Of a DNA stretch of 30,570 bases, positions 8,708-18,298 are shown in pieces (position 1 is the stretch's first letter; each line of letters begins with the position of its first letter). The position numbers were made by a program, and so were the translations under genes. This DNA comes from a virus. Lineage: Duplodnaviria > Heunggongvirae > Uroviricota > Caudoviricetes. The notes under the pieces are model-generated. The model saw only the letters and a list, made by a program, of their open reading frames with translations, was not told the origin of the DNA and searched no databases. The stretch lies in the IMG/VR virus record IMGVR_UViG_2617270980_000010; one strand, written 5' to 3'.

Positions 8708-8911
8708 ATTAAACTCCAGAATAGATTTGGGCTGCATGCCGCTACCGGCGGAAAGCGGTTCGTTTAACAGGGCGTGCATGGTCGCCCATGCAATATCGGC
8801 TTGACTGGCTTCCTCGGTGCGGCTGGCCTCGTAGGTGGCGCTGCGCCCGCTGCTGGTCATGGTTTTGCGGATGGACATAAACGACTGCGTGACGTCGGTT
8901 GCCCCGGCGTC
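8708..8911 (-). pseudogene. P: in-frame 3' remainder of terminase P beyond the internal stop
   Basis: Hand translation of the minus strand in the same frame past the TAA gives DAGATDVTQSFMSIRKTMTSSGRSATYEASRTEEASQADIAWATMHALLNEPLSAGSGMQPKSILEFN, stop. This is the expected terminase C-terminus. Confidence 0.7.
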
Positions 8912-10474
8912 TTACTCCAGACAGCCGCGGCGAATGGTGTCTTTTGCCTTTAGCACCATCGCGGTTTTCATTTCAGGCGTGTAACGGATGCCGCGTGCCG
9001 CCGGGTAGAATGAGCGCACCAACTGGAATACGCCGAGACCGAGGCCGGTTGCGTCAATGCCGATGTATTCGACGTTGTATTTCTCGGTCAGTTTGCGGAT
9101 GCCCTCAGCCTGAGCGGCAAAGTCCATGCCTTTCCACTGGTGGCGCTCCAGCATGCGGAATTTGCCACCCGAGACCACCGGCGGCGCGAGCACAACGCAC
9201 CCGGCACTGTCGCCGGTGTGTGACGGGTCGTAGCCAATCCAGACAGGTCGCGAGCCGAACGGATGGTCGGCGAACGGGGCAAAGTCCTCCCATTCCTCCA
9301 TCACATCGACCATGCAGCGCTGCAGCTCCTCGAACGGGAATACCGACGCCTTATCGTCGACAAACTCGCACATAAACAGGTTCTTAAAGTCCTCATCACT
9401 GTTTTCGCGTTTGAGCTGGTCGAGGTCGAACAGGGTGCAGCCACCGGCAAGGGCATCCTCAATGGTGACAATCTGCCGCCACTGGCCATCGTCGCAGAGC
9501 TGACCACCGGCGAGCGCGCTGTGACTGATGTCGATTTCGATGCGGTCGGTAATGCGGCTGCGCCCCTTGTTGAACAGCTCGCCAGACCAGAAGGGGTAAG
9601 CGCCGTGCGCCAGCGTTGAAGGTGTTGAAAAGTAGGTTGAGCGCAGGTGCTTCTGCGAGGCCATGCCCGACGCGACTTTGCGCAGCTTCTGGAAATTCGG
9701 GATCCAGAATATTTCATCGACATACAGGTCGCCGTTATGGCTCTGCGCAGTGTTGGAATTGGTACCGAGAAAAATCAGCTTTGCGCCGTTGTTGCCGATG
9801 ACAATCGGGTCGCCGGTCAGGTCGACGTCGACCAGTCGCGCAAACTGGATGATGTATTCACGGAACACGTAAGCCTGCGTTTTGCTGGCCGACAGAAAAA
9901 TCTGGTTATGGCCGGTCTTGAGCGCGCGCAGCAGCGCCTCGCGGGAGAAATAGAACGTCGCGCCAATCTGGCGGGATTTGAGAATGTCGCGAATACGGTG
10001 CGCCAGTCCTGCGCGGTACCACTGCAACTGGTATTCGAAAGACTGGTCGAAAAATAATTCCTCCAGTTTTTCGATAGCCTCGTCGCTGAAAAAGTTCTTT
10101 TTCGGCTTCTTACGTTCGCCCTTGTTACGGTTGGCGACATTGGGGTTAAGGTCGACCTCGTTCCCGGTCTGGCTGTAGCGGTTAACGCGCGCCAGTCGCT
10201 CAATCTGCCGCCCGAGCAGGTCAATCTCTTTGAAGTCGCCGCCTGACTTTTGCGGCTTGGCGATAAGCTGAATCAGGCGCGCCTCAAGGCTGCTTTCAAC
10301 GCGGGAAATCGGTGCGATGCCGTCCCAGCCGTCGCGCTGCTTCCAGCTCTGCACGGTCGGGCGCTTGACCTGCAGCATTTCGGCAATCTGTGGCACGGAA
10401 AACCCCTGCCAGTAAAGCAGCGATGCCTGCCGTCGCGGGTCATGCAACAAGGTTGTATCGGTGGAAATGGTCAT
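8912..10474 (-). CDS. P: terminase ATPase subunit gpP, truncated after 520 codons by an in-frame TAA
   Basis: N-terminus MTISTDTTLLHDPRRQASLLYWQGFSVPQIAEMLQ and the rest match P2 gpP as recalled (590 aa). The ORF ends ...RRGCLE at a TAA on plus 8912..8914. Confidence 0.85.
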   Translation of the reverse strand: MTISTDTTLLHDPRRQASLLYWQGFSVPQIAEMLQVKRPTVQSWKQRDGWDGIAPISRVESSLEARLIQLIAKPQKSGGDFKEIDLLGRQIERLARVNRYSQTGNEVDLNPNVANRNKGERKKPKKNFFSDEAIEKLEELFFDQSFEYQLQWYRAGLAHRIRDILKSRQIGATFYFSREALLRALKTGHNQIFLSASKTQAYVFREYIIQFARLVDVDLTGDPIVIGNNGAKLIFLGTNSNTAQSHNGDLYVDEIFWIPNFQKLRKVASGMASQKHLRSTYFSTPSTLAHGAYPFWSGELFNKGRSRITDRIEIDISHSALAGGQLCDDGQWRQIVTIEDALAGGCTLFDLDQLKRENSDEDFKNLFMCEFVDDKASVFPFEELQRCMVDVMEEWEDFAPFADHPFGSRPVWIGYDPSHTGDSAGCVVLAPPVVSGGKFRMLERHQWKGMDFAAQAEGIRKLTEKYNVEYIGIDATGLGLGVFQLVRSFYPAARGIRYTPEMKTAMVLKAKDTIRRGCLE

Positions 10475-10639
10475 TGATGCCTCGCCGTAGTGGATTCAGG
10501 GCAAGGCTACTTAATGGCCGTCAGTGATTCGCTAAGGTGCTGTTGTGTGGGCGGTTGTCCAGTCGTCATTGGTGGTCTGGTGTGTCCTGAGTCTGGAAAC
10601 TGGCGGTGACCAGTAACCCCAACCTCAGGACTCCTGACA
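10475..10639. promoter_or_regulatory. divergent late promoter region (P_P leftward, P_O rightward)
   Basis: Intergenic region between divergent P and O, as in P2. Ogr-type upstream elements could not be assigned confidently by eye. Confidence 0.45.
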
Positions 10640-11494
10640 ATGGCAAAAAAAGTCTCAAAATTCTTTCGCATCGGCGTCGAGGGTGACACCTGCGACGGCC
10701 GCATTATCAGCGGTAACGATATTCAGGAAATGGCCGAATCGTTTGACCCTCGCGTCTACGGTTGCCGCATTAACCTTGAACATATTCGCGGTCTCTTTCC
10801 TGATGGCGACTTCAAACGCTTAGGCGATGTGGTTGAACTGAAAGCCGAGAAGATTGACGACGATTCCGCGCTTAACGGCAAATGGGCGTTGTTCGCCAGA
10901 ATCACACCGACCGATGACCTGATTGCGATGAATAAAAAATTGCAGAAGGTCTACACCTCAATGGAAATTCAGCCGAATTTTGCCAATACCGGCAAATGCT
11001 ACCTCGTCGGCCTTGCGGTCACCGATGACCCGGCGAGCCTCGGCACTGAATACCTCGAATTCTGCCGCAACGCGAAGCACAACCCGCTGCAGCGCTTTAA
11101 GGCCAACCCTGAAAACGTCTTTTCCGCTGCCACGCTGGCCGAACTGGAGTTTGAAGACGCTCCCGACACGGTGCTCAACAGCCTGGCAGATAAGGTGAAA
11201 GCCATTTTCAGCCGTAAGCAGGTCAGCGACGATGCGCGCCTGAATGATGTGCATGAGGCGGTGACCACCGTCAGCGAGCATGTGCAGACCAATCTGACCG
11301 CGCAGGATAAGCGCATTTCCGATATGGAAACCGCGTTTGCCACTTTCAAACAGGAACTGACCGGCAAGGTTGATGAAACCAGCCAGGCATTTTCCGCCCT
11401 GAAAACCACCCTCGACAAAACCGAAAGTTTCAGCCAGCCGCGACGCACGAAAGCCAGCGGCGGTGGCGGCGATGAGCTGCTGACCGACTGCTGA
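10640..11494 (+). CDS. O: capsid scaffolding protein gpO
   Basis: 284 aa, same length and position as P2 gpO. Confidence 0.88.
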   Translation: MAKKVSKFFRIGVEGDTCDGRIISGNDIQEMAESFDPRVYGCRINLEHIRGLFPDGDFKRLGDVVELKAEKIDDDSALNGKWALFARITPTDDLIAMNKKLQKVYTSMEIQPNFANTGKCYLVGLAVTDDPASLGTEYLEFCRNAKHNPLQRFKANPENVFSAATLAELEFEDAPDTVLNSLADKVKAIFSRKQVSDDARLNDVHEAVTTVSEHVQTNLTAQDKRISDMETAFATFKQELTGKVDETSQAFSALKTTLDKTESFSQPRRTKASGGGGDELLTDC

Positions 11495-11569
11495 TAAACC
11501 GCAGACCGAAACCGGGCGGCAACCCCGCCCGATGCTGTGACTAACCGATTAATTCAAACAGGAAATACT

Positions 11570-12637
11570 ATGCGTCAGGAAACCCGTTTTAAGTTCAATG
11601 CCTATCTGACCCGCGTTGCCGAGCTGAACGGCATCAGTGCTGATGACGTCGACAAAAAATTCTCCGTCGAGCCGTCCGTCACGCAAACGCTGATGAACAC
11701 CGTGCAGGCGTCATCCGCGTTTTTGCAGACGATTAACATTCTGCCGGTCGCAGAAATGAAGGGTGAGAAAATCGGCGTAGGCGTGACCGGTACCATCGCC
11801 AGCACGACCGACACCTCGGGCGATAAAGAGCGCCAGACCGCAGATTTCACCGCGCTTGAGTCCAATAAGTACGAGTGCAATCAGATTAACTTTGATTTCC
11901 ACCTGACCTATAAACGCCTCGACCTTTGGGCGCGTTTTCAGGACTTCCAGCGCCGCATCCGCGACGCCATTGTCCAGCGTCAGGCACTCGATTTCATCAT
12001 GGCCGGGTTCAACGGTACCACCCGCGCTGATACCTCTGACCGTGTTAAAAACCCGATGCTGCAGGATGTGGCCGTCGGCTGGTTGCAAAAGTACCGCAAC
12101 GAAGCCCCGGCACGCGTGATGAGCAACATCACCGACGCTGACGGTAAGGTCGTTTCAGCGGTGATTCGTGTCGGTAAGAACGGCGACTATGAGAACCTCG
12201 ACGCGCTGGTGATGGACGGTACCAACACCCTGATTGACGAAATTTATCAGGATGACCCGAAACTCGTTGCTATCGTTGTTCGTAAGCTGCTGGCCGACAA
12301 ATATTTCCCGCTGGTGAACAAACAGCAGGAAAACACCGAGTCGCTCGCGGCGGATATCATCATCAGCCAGAAGCGCATCGGCAACCTGCCAGCCGTGCGC
12401 GTGCCGCACTTCCCGGCGAACGCGGTATTCGTGACCACGCTGGAAAATCTCTCTATCTACTTCATGGATGAGAGCCACCGCCGCAGCATTGATGAGAACC
12501 CGAAAAAAGACCGCGTGGAAAACTACGAGTCGATGAACATCGACTATGTGGTCGAGGCGTATGCCGCCGGGTGCCTGCTGGAAAACATCACCCTGGGCGA
12601 TTTCACCGCACCTGCAGCACCGGAAAGCGGAGAGTAA
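11570..12637 (+). CDS. N: major capsid protein gpN
   Basis: Start at MRQETRFKFNAY with AGGAAA Shine-Dalgarno. Conserved blocks QDVAVGWLQKYRNEAPARVMS and SQKRIGNLPAVRVP as in P2 gpN. Confidence 0.9.
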   Translation: MRQETRFKFNAYLTRVAELNGISADDVDKKFSVEPSVTQTLMNTVQASSAFLQTINILPVAEMKGEKIGVGVTGTIASTTDTSGDKERQTADFTALESNKYECNQINFDFHLTYKRLDLWARFQDFQRRIRDAIVQRQALDFIMAGFNGTTRADTSDRVKNPMLQDVAVGWLQKYRNEAPARVMSNITDADGKVVSAVIRVGKNGDYENLDALVMDGTNTLIDEIYQDDPKLVAIVVRKLLADKYFPLVNKQQENTESLAADIIISQKRIGNLPAVRVPHFPANAVFVTTLENLSIYFMDESHRRSIDENPKKDRVENYESMNIDYVVEAYAAGCLLENITLGDFTAPAAPESGE

Positions 12638-12641
12638 GCCT

Positions 12642-13391
12642 ATGACGAGCCCCGCTCAACGTCACATGATGCGGGTCTCGGCCTCTCAAGCCGCGCAGCG
12701 GGAACAAGCCCCGCTGAGCCACGCAACCGCCTACGAGCAGATGCTGGTAAAGCTGGCCGAAGACCGCCGCACGTTAAAAAACATCCGTTCAAACGAGCGT
12801 AAAGCCGAGAAAAAGCGCGAGCTGCTGCCGTTCTATGCGCCGTGGGTTGCCGGTGTGCTGGCTGATGGCCGTGGTGCGCAGGATGACATTCTGATGACCG
12901 TCATGCTGTGGCGTCTCGATGCCGGTGATATCGCTGGCGCGCTGGAAATTGCCCCCTACGCGCTGAAATACGGCCTCACTTCTGACCATCGCCGCACGAC
13001 GCCTTACATGCTGGTTGAGGAAGTGGCGCTTGCCGCGCAGCGCCTGCGCGATGCCGGTGAGCCTGTCGACCTCGCATTATTGCAGACCACCCTCAGCCTG
13101 ACCGACGGTGCTGACGTTCCCGATATGGTGCGCGCTCGTCTGCATAAGGTGACTGGCCTGACCCTGCGCGATACCAGTCAGAGCGCCGAAGCGCTGGCGC
13201 AGTTTCAGCGCGCGATGCAGCTCGACCGCAATGCCGGTGTGCGCAAAGAGATTGAGCGACTGGAACGCGCATTGAAGCCAAAGCCAGATGCTGCACCCCG
13301 TAAAACGACTAAACCGCGCACGCGCAAACCTGCCACCAAACCGGCGGCAAAGCGCGGGCGTCCACCAAAGGCGGTAAAAACCGCTGGTTAA
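12642..13391 (+). CDS. M: terminase endonuclease (small) subunit gpM
   Basis: ATG at 12642 just after the N stop, 249 aa, basic C-terminal tail; position and size of P2 gpM. Confidence 0.85.
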   Translation: MTSPAQRHMMRVSASQAAQREQAPLSHATAYEQMLVKLAEDRRTLKNIRSNERKAEKKRELLPFYAPWVAGVLADGRGAQDDILMTVMLWRLDAGDIAGALEIAPYALKYGLTSDHRRTTPYMLVEEVALAAQRLRDAGEPVDLALLQTTLSLTDGADVPDMVRARLHKVTGLTLRDTSQSAEALAQFQRAMQLDRNAGVRKEIERLERALKPKPDAAPRKTTKPRTRKPATKPAAKRGRPPKAVKTAG

Positions 13392-13484
13392 CAGAACGCT
13401 CCCCGAGCCGGGCGGCACGCCGGTCAAAGCGGGTTTTGACCCTGACGGCGACCGGCGTCCACCGCCCAACCTAATGAGGTTGTC

Positions 13485-13994
13485 ATGACGACAGTAATAC
13501 TGAATCAGCCCGACGAACCGCAGGACGTACCGGGTGTGGTGATTCCCGCACCGGAGACGGGCGACGCAGTGATTAAAAACACGTTCTTTTTCCCTGATGT
13601 GGATCCGAAGCGCGTGCGTGAGCTGATGCGCCTTGAGCAGACGGTTTCCGATGCGCGCCTGCGCAACGCCATCAAGACCGGCATGGCGGAAACCAATGCG
13701 GAGCTTTATGACTACCGGCTGCGCCAGATTGCCGCCGGGTTTAAGACACTGGCCGACGTGCCTGACGCCGAGGAAATCGACGGTGAGAATGTGCGCATTT
13801 TCCACTACCTGAGCGCCGTGACGGCGATGGCAACCGCCACCCTGTATGAGCGTTATCGCGGGGTTGAGGCCACCGGCAAGGGTGACAAAAAAGCCGACAG
13901 CGTCGAAACCACCATTGATGACCTGTGGCGGGATATGCGCTGGTCGGTATCGCGCCTGCAGGATAAGCCGCGCTGCATCGTGGGGCAGCTCTGA
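13485..13994 (+). CDS. L: head completion/stabilisation protein gpL
   Basis: 169 aa with KNTFFFPDVDPKRVRE and GDKKADS...WRDMRW as in P2 gpL. Confidence 0.88.
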   Translation: MTTVILNQPDEPQDVPGVVIPAPETGDAVIKNTFFFPDVDPKRVRELMRLEQTVSDARLRNAIKTGMAETNAELYDYRLRQIAAGFKTLADVPDAEEIDGENVRIFHYLSAVTAMATATLYERYRGVEATGKGDKKADSVETTIDDLWRDMRWSVSRLQDKPRCIVGQL

Positions 13995-14197
13995 TGAAAG
14001 TCTACGCGATGCAGGGCGACACCCTCGACGCGCTTTGTGCCCGGTATTATGGGCGCACTGAGGGCGTGGTCGAGACGGTGCTGCAGGCTAATCCCGGCCT
14101 GTCTGAGCTGGGCGTCATTCTGCCGCATGGCACGGCGATTGACCTGCCAGACGTTGAAACATCACCCACGGCGGAGGCCCTGAACCTATGGGACTGA
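13994..14197 (+). CDS. X: tail protein X (LysM-like)
   Basis: 67 aa, same size and position as P2 gpX. Confidence 0.8.
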   Translation: MKVYAMQGDTLDALCARYYGRTEGVVETVLQANPGLSELGVILPHGTAIDLPDVETSPTAEALNLWD

Positions 14198-14409
14198 GTA
14201 TGGAAAAAATCACCACGTTTATCGCCTACTGGCTGGCCGTTGGGCTGGCGTATTTCGGGGCAATGTCGCCCGAAAAACTGGCGCTGTATGTGGGTAGTCT
14301 GTGCGCCATTTTTACGGCGGCGGTAAATTTCTGGTACCGACGCAAAACCTTTCGTTACCTGACCGAAATGGGAATCGACAAAGGGGTGACCCGTGAGCTC
14401 AATCGTTAA
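14188..14409 (+). CDS. holin (probable pinholin, two TM segments)
   Basis: 73-aa protein with two hydrophobic segments and a charged C-terminus, directly upstream of the endolysin. Confidence 0.65.
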   Translation: MGLSMEKITTFIAYWLAVGLAYFGAMSPEKLALYVGSLCAIFTAAVNFWYRRKTFRYLTEMGIDKGVTRELNR

Positions 14410-14902
14410 ACGTTGCAGTGTGGCCGCAGTGCTGGCGCTGGCGGCACTGATGCCTGATTTTCGTCTGCTGAATACCTCGCCTGATGGTCTGGCACTGATT
14501 GCCGACCTCGAAGGGTGTCGCCTGGCACCTTACCAGTGCAGCGCGGGCGTGTGGACGTCAGGCATCGGCCACACTGCAGGGGTGGTACCGAAACGCGATA
14601 TCACTGAGCGCGAAGCGGCGACAAATCTGGTCGCCGACGTGCTGAATACTGAGCGCCGTCTCGCGGTCTGCGTGCCGGTCACCATGCCGCAGCCGGTTTA
14701 CGACGCGCTGGTCAGTTTCTCTTTTAACGTCGGCACCGGCGCGGCCTGTCGCTCGACGCTGGTCTCTTACATCAAGCGTCATCAGTGGTGGCAGGCATGC
14801 GACCAGCTCACCCGTTGGGTGTACGTCAACGGGGAGCGTAGTACCGGCCTCGAAAATCGACGCCAGCGTGAGCGTGCTTACTGCCTGAAGGGGGTGAAAT
14901 GA
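14393..14902 (+). CDS. SAR endolysin (T4-lysozyme-like glycoside hydrolase)
   Basis: GTG start after AGGGG. N-terminal hydrophobic signal-anchor (VAAVLALAALM) followed by an E-x8-C-x5-T catalytic pattern (DLEGCRLAPYQCSAGVWT), as in SAR lysozymes such as P1 Lyz. Confidence 0.85.
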   Translation: MSSIVKRCSVAAVLALAALMPDFRLLNTSPDGLALIADLEGCRLAPYQCSAGVWTSGIGHTAGVVPKRDITEREAATNLVADVLNTERRLAVCVPVTMPQPVYDALVSFSFNVGTGAACRSTLVSYIKRHQWWQACDQLTRWVYVNGERSTGLENRRQRERAYCLKGVK

Positions 14903-15312
14903 AAGTGTTAGCCGTGCTGTTAGTGTTGTCCGTGCTCGGGCTGCTGTGGTTGCGCCATGAGAACGGCAATTTAACCCGCTCCTTTGAGACAGCAAACCGC
15001 GTCGCGAGCGAACAAAAGACGACGATTGGCATGCTGAAAAATCAGCTCAGTGTTGCCGGTCAGATTGCCAGACGTAATGAATCTGCGCAGGTGGCACTGC
15101 GTGAACAGCTCGAAAAAGCTAGCGAGGAAGCCAGCCGCCGCGAGCAGACGATAACGAGGTTACTTAATGAAAATGAAGCCTTTCGCCGCTGGTATAACGC
15201 TGCTTTGCCTGATGTTGTGCGTCGGCTGCACACCCGCACCGCCTGTGCCAGCGCCGGTGATTGTGGTCAGCGGATGCCCGAGGGTGAGCCTTTGCCCGAT
15301 GCCGGGAAGTGA
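14899..15312 (+). CDS. lysB: LysB (i-spanin, Rz-like)
   Basis: 137 aa with an N-terminal TM helix and a coiled-coil-like charged body, immediately after the endolysin. Confidence 0.8.
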   Translation: MKVLAVLLVLSVLGLLWLRHENGNLTRSFETANRVASEQKTTIGMLKNQLSVAGQIARRNESAQVALREQLEKASEEASRREQTITRLLNENEAFRRWYNAALPDVVRRLHTRTACASAGDCGQRMPEGEPLPDAGK

Positions 15313-15457
15313 CCCGAAAACCAATGGCGACCTGAGCGCGGATATCCGCCGCCTTGAGGGCGCGCTGACCGCCTGCGCGCTGCAGGTTAAAACCGTCAAA
15401 CACTGTCAGGATGAACTCGATGCAGAAGCACAAAAGCCTGCGCAAAGCGCTGATTAA
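15167..15457 (+). CDS. lysC: LysC (o-spanin lipoprotein, Rz1-like) overlapping lysB in another frame
   Basis: 96 aa with a signal peptide, lipobox-like LCVGC and a proline-rich segment, embedded in and extending past lysB. Confidence 0.75.
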   Translation: MKMKPFAAGITLLCLMLCVGCTPAPPVPAPVIVVSGCPRVSLCPMPGSDPKTNGDLSADIRRLEGALTACALQVKTVKHCQDELDAEAQKPAQSAD

Positions 15458-15887
15458 CGCCGTGCCGCAGCTCCGAAACAACCCCGATATGCTGCGCCTG
15501 TTTGCCGACAACGGCCATACCGATTCCCGACTGGCGAACTCGCTGTCGTTTGAAAAGGTGTACGTGCTTAACGTGGTGGTGACCGACTTCACCGGCGACC
15601 TCGATTTGATATTCGTGCCGGTGCAGGCGTGGCTGCGTGAACATCAGCCGGACATTATGACCACCGACGACGGGCGGGAAAAAGGATTCACCTGGATTAT
15701 TGATATCAATAACGACGATTCGCTCGATATCAGTATCAGCCTGAGGCTCACCGAGCGCACGCTTGTCAAAGAGGTCGACGGCGCGCTGCACGTCAGCTAT
15801 GCCCATGAGCCGCCACTGCCTGAGCCGGTGACGCGCCCGGTTGCTATGTATGCAAATGGTGAATTAGTGAGCCAGTGGGATGAGTGA
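15411..15887 (+). CDS. R: tail completion protein gpR
   Basis: 158 aa, position and size of P2 gpR. Confidence 0.85.
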   Translation: MNSMQKHKSLRKALINAVPQLRNNPDMLRLFADNGHTDSRLANSLSFEKVYVLNVVVTDFTGDLDLIFVPVQAWLREHQPDIMTTDDGREKGFTWIIDINNDDSLDISISLRLTERTLVKEVDGALHVSYAHEPPLPEPVTRPVAMYANGELVSQWDE

Positions 15888-16329
15888 ATTAACCGCGCTG
15901 CAGGAACGCCTTGCCGGTCTGATTGCCAGCCTGTCACCGGTGGCGCGTCGGCAAATGGCGGCTGAGATTGCGAAAAAGCTGCGTACCAGTCAGCAACAGC
16001 GTATCAAGCGCCAGCAGGCACCCGACGGCACCCCGTATGCGGCGCGAAAGCGCCAGCCGGTGCGGAGCAAGAAAGGTCGGATTAAACGTGAAATGTTCGC
16101 CAAACTGCGCACCAGTCGCTTTATGAAAGCCAAAGGCAGCGACAGTGCGGCGGTGGTGGAGTTTACCGGCAAGGTGCAGCGCATGGCGCGGGTGCATCAG
16201 TACGGCCTCAAAGACCGGCCAAATCGCAACAGCCGGGATGTGCAGTACGAGGCGCGCCCGTTGCTTGGTTTCACCCGCGACGATGAGCAGATGATTGAAG
16301 ACGTCATTATCAGGCACCTCGGCAAATAA
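15880..16329 (+). CDS. S: tail completion / virion morphogenesis protein gpS
   Basis: 149 aa, start overlapping the R stop; position and size of P2 gpS. Confidence 0.85.
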   Translation: MSELTALQERLAGLIASLSPVARRQMAAEIAKKLRTSQQQRIKRQQAPDGTPYAARKRQPVRSKKGRIKREMFAKLRTSRFMKAKGSDSAAVVEFTGKVQRMARVHQYGLKDRPNRNSRDVQYEARPLLGFTRDDEQMIEDVIIRHLGK

Positions 16330-16397
16330 ATATTGTGTGAACCACCACCGGAGCCGCGCGAATTGGCGCGACTCCAGACCAGAGGCATCCTTGCACT

Positions 16398-17039
16398 ATG
16401 AATACGTTATCCACGATACAGGAGCTCGCGCGCGCGATTCGCAACCTCATCCGCTCAGGTGTGGTGACTGAGGTTGATACCGTGCAGGGGCTGTGCCGCG
16501 TACAAAGCGGCGGGATCCAGACCACATGGCTGAACTGGCTGACCACCCGCGCCGGTCGTTCGCGTACATGGTGGGCTCCCTCGGTCGGTGAGCAGGTACT
16601 GCTGCTGGCGATTGGTGGCGAGCTTGATACCGCTTTCGTGCTGCCGGGGATTTTCTCAGACGATAACCCCGCCCCGTCTGCCTCAGCGGATGCGTGGCAT
16701 GTGGTGTTCCCTGATGGCGCGGTTATGGAGTATGAGCCGGAAACCGGTGCGCTGACAGTCAGCGGCATCAAAACTGCCGACGTGACGGCATCGGAGTCCA
16801 TCACCGCCACCGTGCCGGTGGTGCTGGTTAAAGCGGCAGAGCGTATCACCCTCGACACCCCAGAGGTGGTCTGCACCAACAAACTGACGACGGCGACGCT
16901 TGAGGTGCAGAAAGGCGGCACCATGCGAGGAAACATCGAACATACCGGCGGCACGTTGAAATCAAACGGTGTGCAGGTTGATGACCACGGTCACGGTGGC
17001 GTGCAACAGGGCGGGAGCTGGACGGAGGACACTAAATGA
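16398..17039 (+). CDS. V: baseplate spike gpV
   Basis: 213 aa, P2 gpV-like including a C-terminal histidine cluster (HGHGG). Confidence 0.88.
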   Translation: MNTLSTIQELARAIRNLIRSGVVTEVDTVQGLCRVQSGGIQTTWLNWLTTRAGRSRTWWAPSVGEQVLLLAIGGELDTAFVLPGIFSDDNPAPSASADAWHVVFPDGAVMEYEPETGALTVSGIKTADVTASESITATVPVVLVKAAERITLDTPEVVCTNKLTTATLEVQKGGTMRGNIEHTGGTLKSNGVQVDDHGHGGVQQGGSWTEDTK

Positions 17040-17383
17040 CGGCGCGCTATATGGGGATGAACCGCAATACCGGCATCGCTATCCGTGACAGTGAGCATAT
17101 CAGCCAGAGCATGCGCGACATTCTGCTGACGCCGGTCGGCTCGCGAGTAATGCGTCGTGAATATGGCTCGCTTTTGTCGGCGCTGATTGATATGCCACAA
17201 ACCCCGGCGCTCAGGCTGCAAATCATGGTGGCGTGCTATTCCGCGATCCAGAAGTGGGAACCACGTATCAGGCTTACATCCATCAGCTTTGAGCACGGCG
17301 ACACTGGCGAAATGTATGTCGATATTACCGGGATGCGTACCGATACAGGTGCGTCAGTTTCAACCACTGTTTCACTGAGTTAA
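17036..17383 (+). CDS. W: baseplate wedge protein gpW (gp25-like)
   Basis: 115 aa, identical length to P2 gpW, overlapping the V stop. Confidence 0.88.
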   Translation: MTARYMGMNRNTGIAIRDSEHISQSMRDILLTPVGSRVMRREYGSLLSALIDMPQTPALRLQIMVACYSAIQKWEPRIRLTSISFEHGDTGEMYVDITGMRTDTGASVSTTVSLS

Positions 17384-17389
17384 ATCAAT

Positions 17390-18298
17390 ATGGCAACCGT
17401 TGACCTGAGTCAGTTACCCGTTCCCGACGTGGTTGAGGAGCTGGACTATGAAACCATTCTTGCGGAGCGTATTGCGACGTTGATTTCGCTCTATCCCGAA
17501 GACCAGCAGGAGGCTATTGCCCGGACGCTGACACTTGAGTCGGAGCCGATTGTTAAGCTGCTGCAGGAAAACGCCTACCGTGAAGTTATCTGGCGTCAGC
17601 GGGTGAACGAAGCCGCGCAGGCGGTAACGCTGGCCTATTCCTCCGGTAACGACCTCGACGTCGTGGCCGGGAACAACAATACCAAACGCCTGACCATCAC
17701 CCCGGCGGATGACACCACCATCCCGCCGACGCCTGCCGTTATGGAATCCGATACCGACCTGCGTCTGCGCACGCAACAGGCGTTTGAAGGCTTGAGTGTT
17801 GCGGGGCCGGTCGGTGCATATGAATATCACGGGCGCAGCGCTGACGGGCGAGTCGCTGATGTGTCGGTCACCAGTCCGTCGCCAGCCTGCGTGACGATTA
17901 CGGTGCTATCGCGTGAGGGTGACGGCACTGCCAGCCATGAACTACTGGCGATTGTTGATAAAGCGCTGAACGCCGAAGATGTGCGGCCGGTGGCCGACCG
18001 GGTAACTGTCCAGTCAGCCGAGATTGTGCCGTACCAGATTGACGCGACGCTCTACGTTTACCCCGGCCCGGAATCCGAACCCATCCGACAGGCATCAGAG
18101 CAGAAGCTGCAGAGCTATATCAGCGCGCAGCACCGCCTCGGGCGTGATATCCGTCTGTCGGCCATTTACGCGGCGCTGCATGCTGAGGGGGTGCAGCGTG
18201 TCGAGCTGGCATCACCGCAGGCCGACATTGTGCTGAGTAAGTCGCAGGCGTCGAACTGTACCGAATACCAGATAACTATCGGGGGCTCGGATGAGTGA
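17390..18298 (+). CDS. J: baseplate protein gpJ
   Basis: 302 aa, identical length to P2 gpJ. Confidence 0.88.
   Translation: MATVDLSQLPVPDVVEELDYETILAERIATLISLYPEDQQEAIARTLTLESEPIVKLLQENAYREVIWRQRVNEAAQAVTLAYSSGNDLDVVAGNNNTKRLTITPADDTTIPPTPAVMESDTDLRLRTQQAFEGLSVAGPVGAYEYHGRSADGRVADVSVTSPSPACVTITVLSREGDGTASHELLAIVDKALNAEDVRPVADRVTVQSAEIVPYQIDATLYVYPGPESEPIRQASEQKLQSYISAQHRLGRDIRLSAIYAALHAEGVQRVELASPQADIVLSKSQASNCTEYQITIGGSDE

Noticed and set aside
8899-9375. 158-aa Arg/Cys/Pro-rich plus-strand ORF and several others (9088..9723, 9647..10224) overlapping terminase P
   Set aside because: Low-complexity antisense translations of the terminase gene, typical of high-GC shadow ORFs.
13077-13805. 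242-aa minus-strand ORF spanning the M-L junction
   Set aside because: Antisense to two well-supported capsid genes and spans their intergenic region; no coding signal.
16310-16954. 214-aa Ser/Thr/Val-rich minus-strand ORF opposite baseplate gene V
   Set aside because: Shadow ORF of the gpV gene with biased low-complexity composition.
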